Shown: one piece after another, positions 1 through 11,430 of the stretch | Layout of the letters: each line of letters opens with the position of its first letter | Numbering within the stretch: position 1 is the stretch's first letter | NCBI GenBank assembly: GCA_034669905.1 | Contig: JAXMOL010000038.1 | Coordinates: forward strand, 17,367 to 81,366 | Length of the DNA stretch: 64,000 nucleotides | Direction: 5' to 3' | From: Candidatus Hydrogenedentota bacterium | GTDB lineage: Bacteria; Hydrogenedentota; Hydrogenedentia; Hydrogenedentales; JAEUWI01 | The notes under the pieces: generated by a model | Databases searched by the model: none | What the model was told of the DNA's origin: nothing | Seen by the model: only the letters and a program-made list of their open reading frames with translations | Position numbers and translations under genes: made by a program

Positions 1-948
1 GAAGGATGCCGTCTCTAATCCATCGGCCTCCGCTTCGTCGATCAGACCGTCAAGATCATTGTCGGTAAAATCGTCGTCGACACGGTTGGTTGTACCATCG
101 TCAAGAAAGTCGCCACCGCTGAAATACCGGTCCCGCGCGATGGGAATCCAGATGGCGTCGCGCAATCCGTCGCCGTCGTTGTCCACATCCGTCCAGGTGT
201 TTATCCATTCCAGGGGGTAGCGTTCCTCGGTGAAGCCGTCGGTGGCAGAGACCCCATAGAAGGCGGGTGTCACAAACAGGGGCGTTTCGTTGCCGGGGGG
301 GACATCGTAGCGCGCGGCAATGTCAAAGGCCCGGCCATTGAAAGCGGTTCCGTTCCGAAAGGTGGTGAAATTGACAAATCCGGTAGCATCGGTATAGAAA
401 TCCAAGCTGGTGACATCGCCGAAGCCAGCGGGCGCCCCATACACGTAATTCCTGTTGTTTTCGAAACGGGGGTAGTAGAGCCATTCCTTGGAAAGGGGCC
501 CGCTGTAGAGCTGTTCGCGGTAGGTGTCACCTGTTACGTTGGTAAGTTCAAAATAGGGCATGTCGGCCAGATCCACAAGGGGAATGCCACCACTCTGGAG
601 GGGCAGGGCGTTCACCCCATCGGGCTTCCACAGGGCCCACTCTTTACCCACGGCCCAACTGCCGTTGAACTTGGTAAAGAGGGCGTGGTCGAGGGAAGTG
701 GCCTCGGGGTGAAGGGAGAAATTCAGGTTGATTTCCGCCATGGCCAGGGCCAGGGCCGAATCCACGAGCAAATCGGCCTGCACGCGGTTTTTCACGTTGG
801 TGGCGTTTTCCACTTCCTGGCGACTGATGGCATAGAAGGTCAGGGCGACGGCCAGCAGGATCGTCATAATGGCAATGGCGATCACGAGCGCCGCACCGCG
901 CTCTGGATTTCGGCGGCCACCGGTTACACGCTGTTTCCTGTTGTTCAT
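1..948 (-). CDS. PilX/GspK-like minor pilin, large and acidic; 3' end runs off the window
   Basis: Not in the ORF track because it has no stop in the window. Translated by hand: MNNRKQRVTGGRRNPERG|AALVIAIAIMTILLAVALTF..., a class III signal lacking E5, which is typical of PilX/GspK. In frame with position 1; contains DVDNDGDG and DNDLDGLIDE acidic motifs. Confidence 0.8.
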   Translation of the reverse strand, partial: MNNRKQRVTGGRRNPERGAALVIAIAIMTILLAVALTFYAISRQEVENATNVKNRVQADLLVDSALALAMAEINLNFSLHPEATSLDHALFTKFNGSWAVGKEWALWKPDGVNALPLQSGGIPLVDLADMPYFELTNVTGDTYREQLYSGPLSKEWLYYPRFENNRNYVYGAPAGFGDVTSLDFYTDATGFVNFTTFRNGTAFNGRAFDIAARYDVPPGNETPLFVTPAFYGVSATDGFTEERYPLEWINTWTDVDNDGDGLRDAIWIPIARDRYFSGGDFLDDGTTNRVDDDFTDNDLDGLIDEAEADGLETASF

Positions 949-1112
949 TGCTACTTCACCTTTAGCTGGCCGCGATCCGTGCGGCCCCTTCCCAAGACGG
1001 GAACCCGAACCCACTGTTCGGACTCCAACCGCGCGCGGGATCCATCCCGCCCGTATCTTGCTCTCTCCTGGTCCTGCGACCGGTGTCTGTGCCGGTTACC
1101 GAGGCACATACA

Positions 1113-2732
1113 CTACATGGCCTGACCGGGGCTCTTTGCAATTACCGTGCTCGGAATGCGGCCCGTGGCCGCCGGCACCTGAATACCCTGTACAAAGCGA
1201 CGGCGGAACACCGGCGCACCCGGACGGGTCTGGGAACGGGTCACCCACAGCTCCGGCGTGACCACCTTGGGCAGGCGGGGCAAGAGGGGCGATCCCAAAT
1301 TGGCGCGGGAACTCCGCGTGGCGGAAAGCTGATTCTCCGCCAGCGTATTGTCCGCATCCACCACCAGATTGTTGGCCACGTTGGCCGTCTTCAACATGGT
1401 GGGGATATTGGGGATGAAATAATCCACCACACCGTCATTATCCGTATCCACCGAGCCATCGAGGCTGTCGGGATGGGCGAGGTTTTCGAGGGCATTGAAA
1501 TAATAGACCGAGCCGTGCGCGCCGTCGCTGTAGGAAAACTTCACGCCGGCATCCAGCGCGTCCAACGCGTAGCCGTCATAGCGTATTGGGTCCCCGTCAC
1601 CATCCAGGATCATGGCACGCGCGATAATGCCATCGGCCACCACAAATTCATTTACCACCCGGCGATTGGTCGTGTTGGGCAGTCCATAACCCTCGTCATA
1701 CCAGAAGCCCAGGTGCCCGTCGTCGGGGATATAGTTCGGGTGGGTCGATGCCAGCGTGGGTGTGGCGGCGCTGGCGGGCACCAGTTCTTGAACGTCCATG
1801 TGTTCACCACCCAGCATGCGCAACCAGAACTCACGCTTCTTGGCCTGCAACATGGTGTCGAAGGCGTCACGCCCGAGGACGCGCAGGAAGAGTCGGTCGT
1901 TGGTCACCGGGTGCCACCAGCCGTTGTTAATCTTGATGTTGTCATACACATTGCGGAGATCGTCGGAGGGATCGTTAAAGGGCGTGGGGTCCAGGGCCTC
2001 CAGCAAAAACTTGAGCTGATTGTAGGTGTCGTCCCCGAAGGTTCCCGTGACCGCATCCAGAAGGGGGTTGATGGGGTCCACATAGGGCCAGGCCAGATCC
2101 ACCCCGGTGGCCACGGTCATGTCGAAGGTTTCCAGATCGCTGAACTGGGTTTCTTCGTAGCGGATCAGACTTTCCGTCTCAATAAAAACATCAAAGGGAA
2201 CGAGATCGGTGTCGTCGGCCGGAATCCCATAAACCGCGGCCAGTTCGGCCAGGGCGGCATTCGCATAGGCGGTGGCAGCATCGCCCACGAGCCCCTCATC
2301 TTCCCAGGCGATACGGCGGAACTGGCGCTCCACGTTGTCCGTCACGAATTTCCATTGCTCCGTAAGCGTCGTCGTGGAACCGGGCTTGCCCGCTTCCTTG
2401 TGAAAGGCGTAACTCACCCGACCCAGCACACCGCCGTCCAGGGCGCCCACAAACATAAAGCTGTCGGGACGGCCATAGAAGTTGTAGACATCGCCGAACT
2501 CTTCGGAGACAAAGGCGCTGCTCAAATCGCGGTCGATGGTGGTCATGGCAGCCCGGGCATTTTCGAAGGCGTCAATGCTGGCATAGCCCTGCCGCGCACT
2601 GCTGACGGCCGAGTTAAACATGACGGCCAGACCACTCATCAGGATGAGGAAGAGGGCCATGGCGACCATCAGCTCCGTAAGGGAAAAACCCCGGGTGCCT
2701 CGGCGATCGATTGTCGGTACGGTGCGCTCCAT
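1113..2732 (-). CDS. PilW/GspJ-like minor pilin (about 539 aa)
   Basis: RG|FSLTELMVAM prepilin motif; ATG at 2732 with AGGAAGG RBS; DTDNDG motif. Confidence 0.8.
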   Translation of the reverse strand: MERTVPTIDRRGTRGFSLTELMVAMALFLILMSGLAVMFNSAVSSARQGYASIDAFENARAAMTTIDRDLSSAFVSEEFGDVYNFYGRPDSFMFVGALDGGVLGRVSYAFHKEAGKPGSTTTLTEQWKFVTDNVERQFRRIAWEDEGLVGDAATAYANAALAELAAVYGIPADDTDLVPFDVFIETESLIRYEETQFSDLETFDMTVATGVDLAWPYVDPINPLLDAVTGTFGDDTYNQLKFLLEALDPTPFNDPSDDLRNVYDNIKINNGWWHPVTNDRLFLRVLGRDAFDTMLQAKKREFWLRMLGGEHMDVQELVPASAATPTLASTHPNYIPDDGHLGFWYDEGYGLPNTTNRRVVNEFVVADGIIARAMILDGDGDPIRYDGYALDALDAGVKFSYSDGAHGSVYYFNALENLAHPDSLDGSVDTDNDGVVDYFIPNIPTMLKTANVANNLVVDADNTLAENQLSATRSSRANLGSPLLPRLPKVVTPELWVTRSQTRPGAPVFRRRFVQGIQVPAATGRIPSTVIAKSPGQAM

Positions 2733-2745
2733 ACAACTGCCCTTC

Positions 2746-3138
2746 CTATTGTTGGGTAACATAGGTTACGAAGCGTTCGCGCCGCCCGTCGAACATCTCT
2801 ACATTATAGGTGACCCGATAAAGGTCCACATCACTGCTGATGCGCTTGACCGAGCTGGTCCAGGATTTATACAGCCCATAGGTACCTGCCGCGGCGTCCA
2901 GGTTGTGGTAGGCATTGGCGGCAGCCCATTCGTTGAGTAAGGGGCCCACGCCACCCGCCCGCAGCTTGCCCAGCTCGGTCTTGGCGAGGAAGGCCACCTG
3001 CTGCCGTTCGGCGGCAAGGCGGGATTGCTGGATGGCCACGGGGAACAGTCTCATAATCGCGATGATGGCCACCGCAAGAATGGTGAGGGCCACCATCACT
3101 TCAACCAGTGTAAAGCCGTGTTGCTTGTTCTTCGTCAT
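2746..3138 (-). CDS. PilV/GspI-like minor pilin (130 aa)
   Basis: MTKNKQHG|FTLVEVMVAL; ATG at 3138. Confidence 0.8.
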   Translation of the reverse strand: MTKNKQHGFTLVEVMVALTILAVAIIAIMRLFPVAIQQSRLAAERQQVAFLAKTELGKLRAGGVGPLLNEWAAANAYHNLDAAAGTYGLYKSWTSSVKRISSDVDLYRVTYNVEMFDGRRERFVTYVTQQ

Positions 3139-3151
3139 AGCCAATACCTCG

Positions 3152-4084
3152 CTAGAAATTCTTGGGAACTTCTGTCCGTCCGGTGGACTTGAATACGTGA
3201 ATCTTGCGATACAACATGTTGGAGGAGCCATCGGGATTGATGAGTCGCTCCGCCTCGGGATCCACCAGGCGATCGCCCGCATCCCGACTCGCCATGGGCG
3301 CTATGTAAATACTGAAACGCTCGCCGTTACTCGCCGCGAGACGACCCGACGGCTTGAATACATGGGCGGCAAAGTTTTCGGCCACAAAGCCCGTGGTGCC
3401 GTTGGCATAGTCAGCAAAGCTCAGGGGATCCAGGCCGGTGGGGATGCCCAGCGCGGCCGTGATGCGGCTCAGGCCCATTTCGCGCACAAAGTTCTCGGTC
3501 GCATCGTTCCGATAGTTGGAGCGCCCCAGTTCCAGGTAGAAATTCGCCGGAACCAGCGGGTCGCCGCCCGAGGGGAGTTCGGGATTCATCAGCAGGATAG
3601 ACATGTCCTGCGGCAATTTCGTGAAGGTGCCGGCGGACGTGGGAATGGGCACATAGTGCTCGCTCAGTCTGCCCGTCGTGGTCGGCAATTGATACATAAT
3701 GGCCGCCGCTTCAATCTGTCGTATGGGGTTACCCGAGACGCTGTCGACGATAGGGTTGGCGACGGCCACCGCCGGGTCAGCCCCGTCTTCGTCGGACGGC
3801 TCACCAGCGGGCGTCGAATCGACAAGCGTTGCCTCGTTTTCGGACCAGTTGTCCATGGAATACACCACCGCCGTATTCACGTTGTAGGTCGTGGCGTAGA
3901 TCTGCGCGGCACGGAGCATGCCCGACACTTCCTGTACGGAACGTCGGAACTCGTCGCGGGAGAAAGCACCCAGCTTCGCCAGACCCGGAATGGCAACAGC
4001 GGTCAGCAGCACAATAATACCGAGGACAACCATCAATTCGACCAGCGTAAATCCCCGCTGATATCGGTCGGATTCTTGTCTCAT
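3152..4084 (-). CDS. FimT/FimU/GspH-like minor pilin (310 aa)
   Basis: RG|FTLVELMVVLGII; LRAAQIYA helix; late FKPSGR motif. Confidence 0.75.
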   Translation of the reverse strand: MRQESDRYQRGFTLVELMVVLGIIVLLTAVAIPGLAKLGAFSRDEFRRSVQEVSGMLRAAQIYATTYNVNTAVVYSMDNWSENEATLVDSTPAGEPSDEDGADPAVAVANPIVDSVSGNPIRQIEAAAIMYQLPTTTGRLSEHYVPIPTSAGTFTKLPQDMSILLMNPELPSGGDPLVPANFYLELGRSNYRNDATENFVREMGLSRITAALGIPTGLDPLSFADYANGTTGFVAENFAAHVFKPSGRLAASNGERFSIYIAPMASRDAGDRLVDPEAERLINPDGSSNMLYRKIHVFKSTGRTEVPKNF

Positions 4085-4128
4085 CGTAGGTACTCCTTGC
4101 TTCTCGCGTGTCCCGCGCTACACAACAG

Positions 4129-4162
4129 CGCCCCGACGCCGCCCACGGGCGGCGACGGGGCG
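4129..4162 (-). terminator. GC-rich stem-loop directly downstream of the putative major pilin gene (weak terminator or mRNA stabiliser)
   Basis: CGCCCCG-A-CGCCGCCC ac GGGCGGCG-A-CGGGGCG inverted repeat; only a weak U-tract. Confidence 0.55.
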
Positions 4163-4169
4163 GAAGTCA

Positions 4170-5042
4170 TTAGTTGTAGAACTTCATGAACGTCTGTCCA
4201 CGATCCCAATTGTTGATGTCGTCACCACCACCCATGAGTTCGGGTTCCTGCCCTTGATCATAGTGGCCGGTGCCCGTCATGAAATCGTACCCGGTATCGT
4301 GGTAGAGATCGCCGTCATAGCGGGCCTGACCGGAAATCAAGTTCTCGCCGTTGGACCAGATAAACACGTCCGTTTCCCGGGGGGCCGGGGCACCGATTGA
4401 GGGCAGGGTCACGCTGGTCTCCGGATCGATGAGGCCCGAGGGGAAATTGTCCCCCAGCGACGTTACACCCAGGGTGAACACGTCTTCTGAAGCGCCCAGC
4501 ACGGTATCGCCGGGCAGCACCTCAGCCGCATCTTCCGGGGGACTATAGATTCGAAAGGGAACCGGGCCGTCACTGGCGCGCCAGGGGCCGGGATAGATAT
4601 TGTAGAGGTTGCCCCACGGGTCAAAGGACAGTTCGCTCATGTAGGAGGTGCCCAGATTACGGACCACGTCGGCATTGTAGTAGGGCTCGAGGGCCACATC
4701 ACCCAGCACCGCACGCCCCTTACGCAAAATGGCGTAGGTAGCGAAGGTGTACTCCGCGATGGCGTCTTCAAACTGGTCTGCGGTCCAATCCTTCATTTCC
4801 GTTCCGCCCACGGCGGTTTCTATCGCGCTGGTACTGATAATATCCTTCAGGCTACTGCGCCCCGCATCCGATAGCAGCTTGGTAATGGCCAGTTCGATGT
4901 TGCTGATTTCCGCCTGGGCCCGCACTGCCCGGCCTTTTCGAATCCATTTCTGCACATTGGGTATTGCGATGGCGGCGAGGATGGAGATGATTGCCATCAC
5001 CACCAACAACTCTACGAGGGTGAAACCGTGCTTCTTGCGCAT
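4170..5042 (-). CDS. Type IV pilin, probable major pilin with GspG-like motifs (290 aa)
   Basis: MRKKHG|FTLVELLVVMAII; AGGAG RBS; DPWGNLY and WSNGEN...GDDINNW motifs. Confidence 0.8.
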   Translation of the reverse strand: MRKKHGFTLVELLVVMAIISILAAIAIPNVQKWIRKGRAVRAQAEISNIELAITKLLSDAGRSSLKDIISTSAIETAVGGTEMKDWTADQFEDAIAEYTFATYAILRKGRAVLGDVALEPYYNADVVRNLGTSYMSELSFDPWGNLYNIYPGPWRASDGPVPFRIYSPPEDAAEVLPGDTVLGASEDVFTLGVTSLGDNFPSGLIDPETSVTLPSIGAPAPRETDVFIWSNGENLISGQARYDGDLYHDTGYDFMTGTGHYDQGQEPELMGGGDDINNWDRGQTFMKFYN

Positions 5043-5119
5043 GTTAATTCCTCCTGCGCGGACGCGCTGTCCGCGATACGTCACAAAGTGTAGGGCGTGG
5101 CCCGCAGCGGGCCCTTCGC

Positions 5120-6355
5120 CTAATTGTTAATCTGGTCGCCCAGGGTGAAGATGGGCAGGTACAACGACACCACGATAAAACCGATGATGCCACCCAGCAC
5201 CACGATAATCATGGGCTCCATCAGGGTCAGCATGGCCTCGACGGCCACTTCCACTTCCTGGTCATAAATATCGGCCACCTTGTTCAGCATGGAATCGAGC
5301 TGACCGGTCTCTTCACCCACGTCAATCATGTTGACCACCATGGGGGGGAATACTTTGGTCTCATCCAACGGCGCGGCGATGGTGTCGCCTTCCTTAATGC
5401 TGTCGTGCACCTTGTCTACCGCATCCTGAATCACGCTGTTACCGATGGTTTCCCGGGTAATCTTCAGGGCCTGAAGAATCGGCACACCGGAAGAAATCAG
5501 CGTACCCAGGGTACGGGCGAATCGGGCCACACCAATCTTGGTGACCAGGTCGCCCACCAGGGGCATCTTCAGGCTGACCACATCCACGATGCGCTGCACG
5601 AAACGGAATTTCATGGAAAGTTTCAGGGCGATGATACTGGAGTTAATTACCAGCAGGATCATCCACCACTTGTACACCATGAAATCACCGCACGCGATGA
5701 GGAACCGGGTCGGTGCCGGCAGTTCGCCGCCCATCTCGCTGAAAATCTCGTCGAAAACGGGCACCACCTTCACCAGCAGGAAGGACACAATCGCCGCCGC
5801 AATCAGCAACACGGCAATGGGGTACACCATGGCACCCTTCACGCGCCGCTTCAGGGCTTCGCGCCGTTCCATGAAGGTGGCCAGACGCTGCAGCACCACT
5901 TCCAACATACCACCGACTTCACCGGCCTTCACCATGTTCACGAAAAGGCGGTCAAACTGCTTGGGGTGTTTGGCCAGGGCTTCCGAGAAAGTCGCACCGG
6001 TCTGAATATCGGTGGCGCATTCCTTGAGAATGTCCCGGAGCTTACAGGGTTTGAGCTGGGCAATCAGCACGTTAATACTACGCAGCAGCGGCAGACCGGC
6101 GTCGATCAGGGTGGAAAGCTGACGGGTCATCGTCACGATTTCCTTGGTCTTCACGCCACCGAAATAAAGCTCGTCGATGCCCTTTTTCTCTTTGCGCGCA
6201 CGTTTCTCGTCGCGCTTCGACGCTTCACGCACCGTCGTCGGGTAAAGCCCCAGCGTCCGCACGTCGTTAATGGCCAGTGCTTTACTGTCGGAATTCACCA
6301 CACCAGTGACGGTCTGGCCTTCCTTGTTGGTGGCCTTATAGAAATACTTGGGCAT
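5120..6355 (-). CDS. pilC: PilC/GspF-family platform protein
   Basis: RQLSTLIDAGLPL, VKAGEVGG, GEETGQL and EP motifs; located next to pilB/pilT. Confidence 0.92.
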   Translation of the reverse strand: MPKYFYKATNKEGQTVTGVVNSDSKALAINDVRTLGLYPTTVREASKRDEKRARKEKKGIDELYFGGVKTKEIVTMTRQLSTLIDAGLPLLRSINVLIAQLKPCKLRDILKECATDIQTGATFSEALAKHPKQFDRLFVNMVKAGEVGGMLEVVLQRLATFMERREALKRRVKGAMVYPIAVLLIAAAIVSFLLVKVVPVFDEIFSEMGGELPAPTRFLIACGDFMVYKWWMILLVINSSIIALKLSMKFRFVQRIVDVVSLKMPLVGDLVTKIGVARFARTLGTLISSGVPILQALKITRETIGNSVIQDAVDKVHDSIKEGDTIAAPLDETKVFPPMVVNMIDVGEETGQLDSMLNKVADIYDQEVEVAVEAMLTLMEPMIIVVLGGIIGFIVVSLYLPIFTLGDQINN

Positions 6356-6370
6356 GACTTGGTTCCTTCA

Positions 6371-8116
6371 TCAGTCTTCGTAAAGGTCCGTGTGATAAAG
6401 CACTTCTTCCGCGGTCGTCACGCCCTGGACGGCCTTCAACAGACCGGCTTCACGCAGGGTGATCATGCCGAGATACTTCCGGCAATAGCGCCGCAACTGA
6501 ATCGACGTCGCACTTTCCAGGATCAAATCCCGGATACCTTCATCCACCGTCACCATTTCGTAGAGACCGGTACGGCCCGAGTAGCCCGTAAATTCACAGC
6601 TCTCGCACCCGTTGGCCTTCACCAGCTGAAGCTTGGGATCATTGCGCCACGCCGGGGGCAACCCGAGGGCTTCCATCTCTTCTTCGTCCGGTTTGTAGGT
6701 TTCTTTACAGAAACGGCAGACCTTACGGCACAGCCGCTGGGCCAATACCGCTTCCAGGGAGGCCGCAATCAGGAAGGGTTCCACGTCCATATCCAGCAGA
6801 CGGGTGATCGTTTCCGGAGCACTGTTCGTGTGCAGCGTGCTCAGCACCAGGTGACCGGTGAGGGAGGCTTCCACCGCGATCTGGGCGGTCTCCAGGTCAC
6901 GAATCTCACCGACCATCACGATGTCCGGGTCCTGACGCAGGATAGAGCGCAGACAGCGGGCAAAGGTCAGGCCCACGTCGTCGTTCACATTACACTGGAT
7001 CAACTGGTCAATCTGGAATTCGACGGGATCCTCGGTGGTAATGATTTTTACACCGGGTTCGTTGAGCAGGTTCAGACAGCCATAGAGGGTCGTCGTCTTA
7101 CCCGAACCCGTAGGCCCCGTCACCAACATGATGCCGTTGGGTTTGCGAATTACGTTGTCGATGGAATCAAAGACGTCCTGGGGGAAGCCCAGGGCAATCA
7201 GATCGTGTTTCACCGCGTTCCGGTCAAGAATACGCATCACCACGCTCTCGCCGTGGAGCACCGGCAGGGTCGATACACGAATGTCGATAATCGTGTCGCC
7301 CACCTTCAATTCAATACGGTTATCCTGGGGCATGCGCCGCTCACTGATATCCATATTGGAGATAACCTTGATACGCGAGGTCAACGCAATGGCCAGGTGC
7401 CGCGCCGGACTCACAATCTCCTGGAGAATACCGTCCACACGGATGCGGATACGGAAATCTTCTTCATAGATTTCAAAGTGAATATCCGAGGCACGCTTCT
7501 GCACCGCCTCCAGGAACACGAGGTTGACGATCTTGATGACTTCCGGCTGCTGCGCCAGTTCCACCAGGTTGTCGACGTCACCCGTTACCTGCTGGAGCCC
7601 CATCTCCTCCATCGAAAGTTCGCTCGTGCCCACCCGCTCTTGCAGGTCCACGAGCATTTCGTGGATCGAATCCCCCTCGAAACTGTAATTGGACTTCCAC
7701 GCCGTCGCCACATCAAGCTCGTTGCTGACCGCACCCTGCACCAGGAGGCCCGTGATCTGTTGCAGATCATCGAGCACCTGAATGTTGAGCGGGTCGGCCA
7801 TGGCCACGATGAGCTTTTCATCGGTCTTGCGGATGGGAATGACGCTGTAAAACTTCGCCACGTCCGCAGTCAGCGTGCGGATCGTTTCTTCCGGTATCTT
7901 CAGCTTGGACAGATCGACACGCTCCATGCCCGACTGGACACCGAGTGACTCGATAATATCCTGCTCTTCGCAGAGGCCCATGGTCACCAGCACACGGCCG
8001 AGCATGTCGCCCGTCAACCGTTGCCGTTGCAGGGCCTCGTCCAATTGCAGGGGACTGATAACACCCTGTTCGACGAGGATGTCACCCAGTTGCTTTTCGC
8101 GTGATCCAAGAGCCAT
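6371..8116 (-). CDS. pilB: PilB/GspE-family extension ATPase with N-terminal MshEN-like domain
   Basis: ASDIH, GPTGSGKTTT, EDPVE, LRQDPD, TGHLVLSTLH, CxxC...CxxC zinc site. Confidence 0.9.
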   Translation of the reverse strand: MALGSREKQLGDILVEQGVISPLQLDEALQRQRLTGDMLGRVLVTMGLCEEQDIIESLGVQSGMERVDLSKLKIPEETIRTLTADVAKFYSVIPIRKTDEKLIVAMADPLNIQVLDDLQQITGLLVQGAVSNELDVATAWKSNYSFEGDSIHEMLVDLQERVGTSELSMEEMGLQQVTGDVDNLVELAQQPEVIKIVNLVFLEAVQKRASDIHFEIYEEDFRIRIRVDGILQEIVSPARHLAIALTSRIKVISNMDISERRMPQDNRIELKVGDTIIDIRVSTLPVLHGESVVMRILDRNAVKHDLIALGFPQDVFDSIDNVIRKPNGIMLVTGPTGSGKTTTLYGCLNLLNEPGVKIITTEDPVEFQIDQLIQCNVNDDVGLTFARCLRSILRQDPDIVMVGEIRDLETAQIAVEASLTGHLVLSTLHTNSAPETITRLLDMDVEPFLIAASLEAVLAQRLCRKVCRFCKETYKPDEEEMEALGLPPAWRNDPKLQLVKANGCESCEFTGYSGRTGLYEMVTVDEGIRDLILESATSIQLRRYCRKYLGMITLREAGLLKAVQGVTTAEEVLYHTDLYED

Positions 8117-8122
8117 AAGCGT

Positions 8123-9226
<1,104 letters not shown>

Positions 9227-9259
9227 GAAATATATCTCCCAAGCTTGGCCTCGTCAATC

Positions 9260-11095
9260 TCAACTACGAACCAGTTTTTCCAGGGGTTCGTCCACACGGG
9301 TGCGGCGGTTTACTTCTTCCACCGTGGTGATACCGTTCAACGCCTTCTGGAAGGCATCTTCACGCATGGTCACCATACCCTCTTCACGGGACGCACGCTT
9401 AATGGCCATGGACGACTCTTTCGCCATGAGCATCTCGCGGATACGGTCCGAAGTAATCAGCAATTCATAGGCACCCAGTCGGCCGGCGTGCCCGGTACCG
9501 TTGCAGTTGTCGCAGCCGGCCCCGTGGTAAAATTCCGAGTTCTCCATGTCCACCGGAATGCCCAGCCGCTCGATCTCCCGGGCTTCCGGCACGTAGGTCT
9601 CTTTGCAGTTCGTGCAAATCGTCCGCACCAGGCGCTGCGCCAGAATGGCGCGCACACCGGAGGCCACCAGGAAGGGCTTGATGCCAATATCCACCAGACG
9701 GGTGAAGGAACTGGCCGTATCGTTGGTGTGGAGGGTACTGAATACCAGGTGACCCGTCAGGGCCGCCTTAATGGCGATTTCCGCCGTCTCCGCATCACGA
9801 ATTTCACCGACCATCACGATGTTCGGGTCCTGACGCATAATGGCACGCAGGGCCCGGTTGAAATCGAACTTGATCTCGTGGTTGATCTGCACCTGGTTGA
9901 TACCGGCCAACTGATATTCGACCGGGTCCTCAACGGTGATGATCTTCGTATCGGGCTTGTTCAGCGTGTGGAGCGACGCATAGAGGGAGGTCGTCTTACC
10001 CGAACCCGTGGGCCCCGTCACCAGGATAACCCCGGTGCTCAGTCCCATCAGCTTTTCCCAGGCACGCTGGTGCTCCGGACAAAAGCCCAACTGCCCCAGG
10101 CCCAGCAACAGACCGCTCTTGTCGAGAATACGCATTACGATACTCTCGCCAAAGTAGGCCGGCAGGGCGCTGACACGCAAATCCACCACCTTCCCGCTCA
10201 TGGTCATCTTAATACGACCATCCTGGGGAACGCGGCGCTCGGTAATATCCATACCCGACATGATCTTCAGGCGGGAAATGATAGAGGCCTGGGCCCGCTT
10301 CGGCGGCGGGGGCATCAATTGCATGACGCCATCCACGCGATAACGGACCTTGACGTCGGTCTTGGAGGGCTCCACGTGAATATCACTGGCCCGCAGACGG
10401 AAGGCTTCGAGAATCAGCTGATTCACATAGCGCATGACGGGACTGTCGTCGTCGTCGTCATCTCCGTCTTCTCCGGCAAGCGCGCCGGCATCCATCGCAT
10501 CAATGCTGATACTGCTCAGGCTGATGTCGCTCTGGCTCATGCTGCCCAGACTGCTCATGGAAGAGTCGAGGGAGCTCAGGTTGGACATGGTACTGAGGGT
10601 GCTCATGCTGCTCGCCGAACTCACGGAAGACAACATGGTCTCTACCGATTGGTCCTGCAGGCCATAGCACTTGTTCAGCGCCACCGACACCTCTTCGCCC
10701 GTGGCCAGGACCGGCTCTACATTGCGGTCAAGCAGGCGGCGGAGGTTATCGAGGTTGTTGATGTTGGTCGGGTCGGCCGTGGCGATAACGATGGTATTGC
10801 CCCGCTCCTCAATGGGAACCACCCGATACAGGGTCGCAATACTGCCGTCGATCAGGCCCCGGATACGTTCCGGGATCTCCCGATCACTCAGCTTGACGAT
10901 GGGAATCCCCAGTTGATCAGCCAGGCCTTCCGTAATATGGTGCTTGCTGATGTAGTTCAGGCGTACCAGGATCTCACCGATCTTGCGGTGAGCCATCGTG
11001 GTCTGCTGTTTGTGGATGGCCTCATCAAGCTGTTGTTGCTTGATGACACCTTTCTCCACCAGACGCTGCCCGAACAGCGTGTACGTGGTTTGCAT
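9260..11095 (-). CDS. pilB: Second PilB/GspE-family ATPase with MshEN-like domain and Ser-rich insert
   Basis: ASDIH, GPTGSGKTTS, EDPVE, MRQDPN, CxxC...CxxC. Confidence 0.88.
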   Translation of the reverse strand: MQTTYTLFGQRLVEKGVIKQQQLDEAIHKQQTTMAHRKIGEILVRLNYISKHHITEGLADQLGIPIVKLSDREIPERIRGLIDGSIATLYRVVPIEERGNTIVIATADPTNINNLDNLRRLLDRNVEPVLATGEEVSVALNKCYGLQDQSVETMLSSVSSASSMSTLSTMSNLSSLDSSMSSLGSMSQSDISLSSISIDAMDAGALAGEDGDDDDDDSPVMRYVNQLILEAFRLRASDIHVEPSKTDVKVRYRVDGVMQLMPPPPKRAQASIISRLKIMSGMDITERRVPQDGRIKMTMSGKVVDLRVSALPAYFGESIVMRILDKSGLLLGLGQLGFCPEHQRAWEKLMGLSTGVILVTGPTGSGKTTSLYASLHTLNKPDTKIITVEDPVEYQLAGINQVQINHEIKFDFNRALRAIMRQDPNIVMVGEIRDAETAEIAIKAALTGHLVFSTLHTNDTASSFTRLVDIGIKPFLVASGVRAILAQRLVRTICTNCKETYVPEAREIERLGIPVDMENSEFYHGAGCDNCNGTGHAGRLGAYELLITSDRIREMLMAKESSMAIKRASREEGMVTMREDAFQKALNGITTVEEVNRRTRVDEPLEKLVRS

Positions 11096-11125
11096 AGGGA
11101 CACCTCTCGCTTATCACACACCGTA

Positions 11126-11154
11126 ACTGTACCAAAGAAGGGGCAGATTGTCAA
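11126..11154 (-). promoter_or_regulatory. sigma70 promoter for the pilus operon
   Basis: Minus strand TTGACA-17 bp-TACAGT with extended -10 TG, 30 bp upstream of the pilB ATG. Confidence 0.75.
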
Positions 11155-11430
11155 TGTAAATACTGAGAGTAATTACTGATATATCTGGACTTACGAACAG
11201 TTTTGTCAAGTAATTACCTGCTCTGAAACGCCGTTTCGGTCCGCGAAGCAACCCCGTCCCTCGCTCCGCATCCATGCAGGCCCCAGGACTGCAAAAGCAC
11301 GACTCTACATTGTAATCAGGCCTCATTGTCACTGATTCGCCCCGTAATGTCAACCGTTGATTCTTGACAAACACCGGCCAACCGGAAGAGTAGACCCGAT
11401 ATTCCCGAGTGGAACCCCGAAAAAGCGGGA

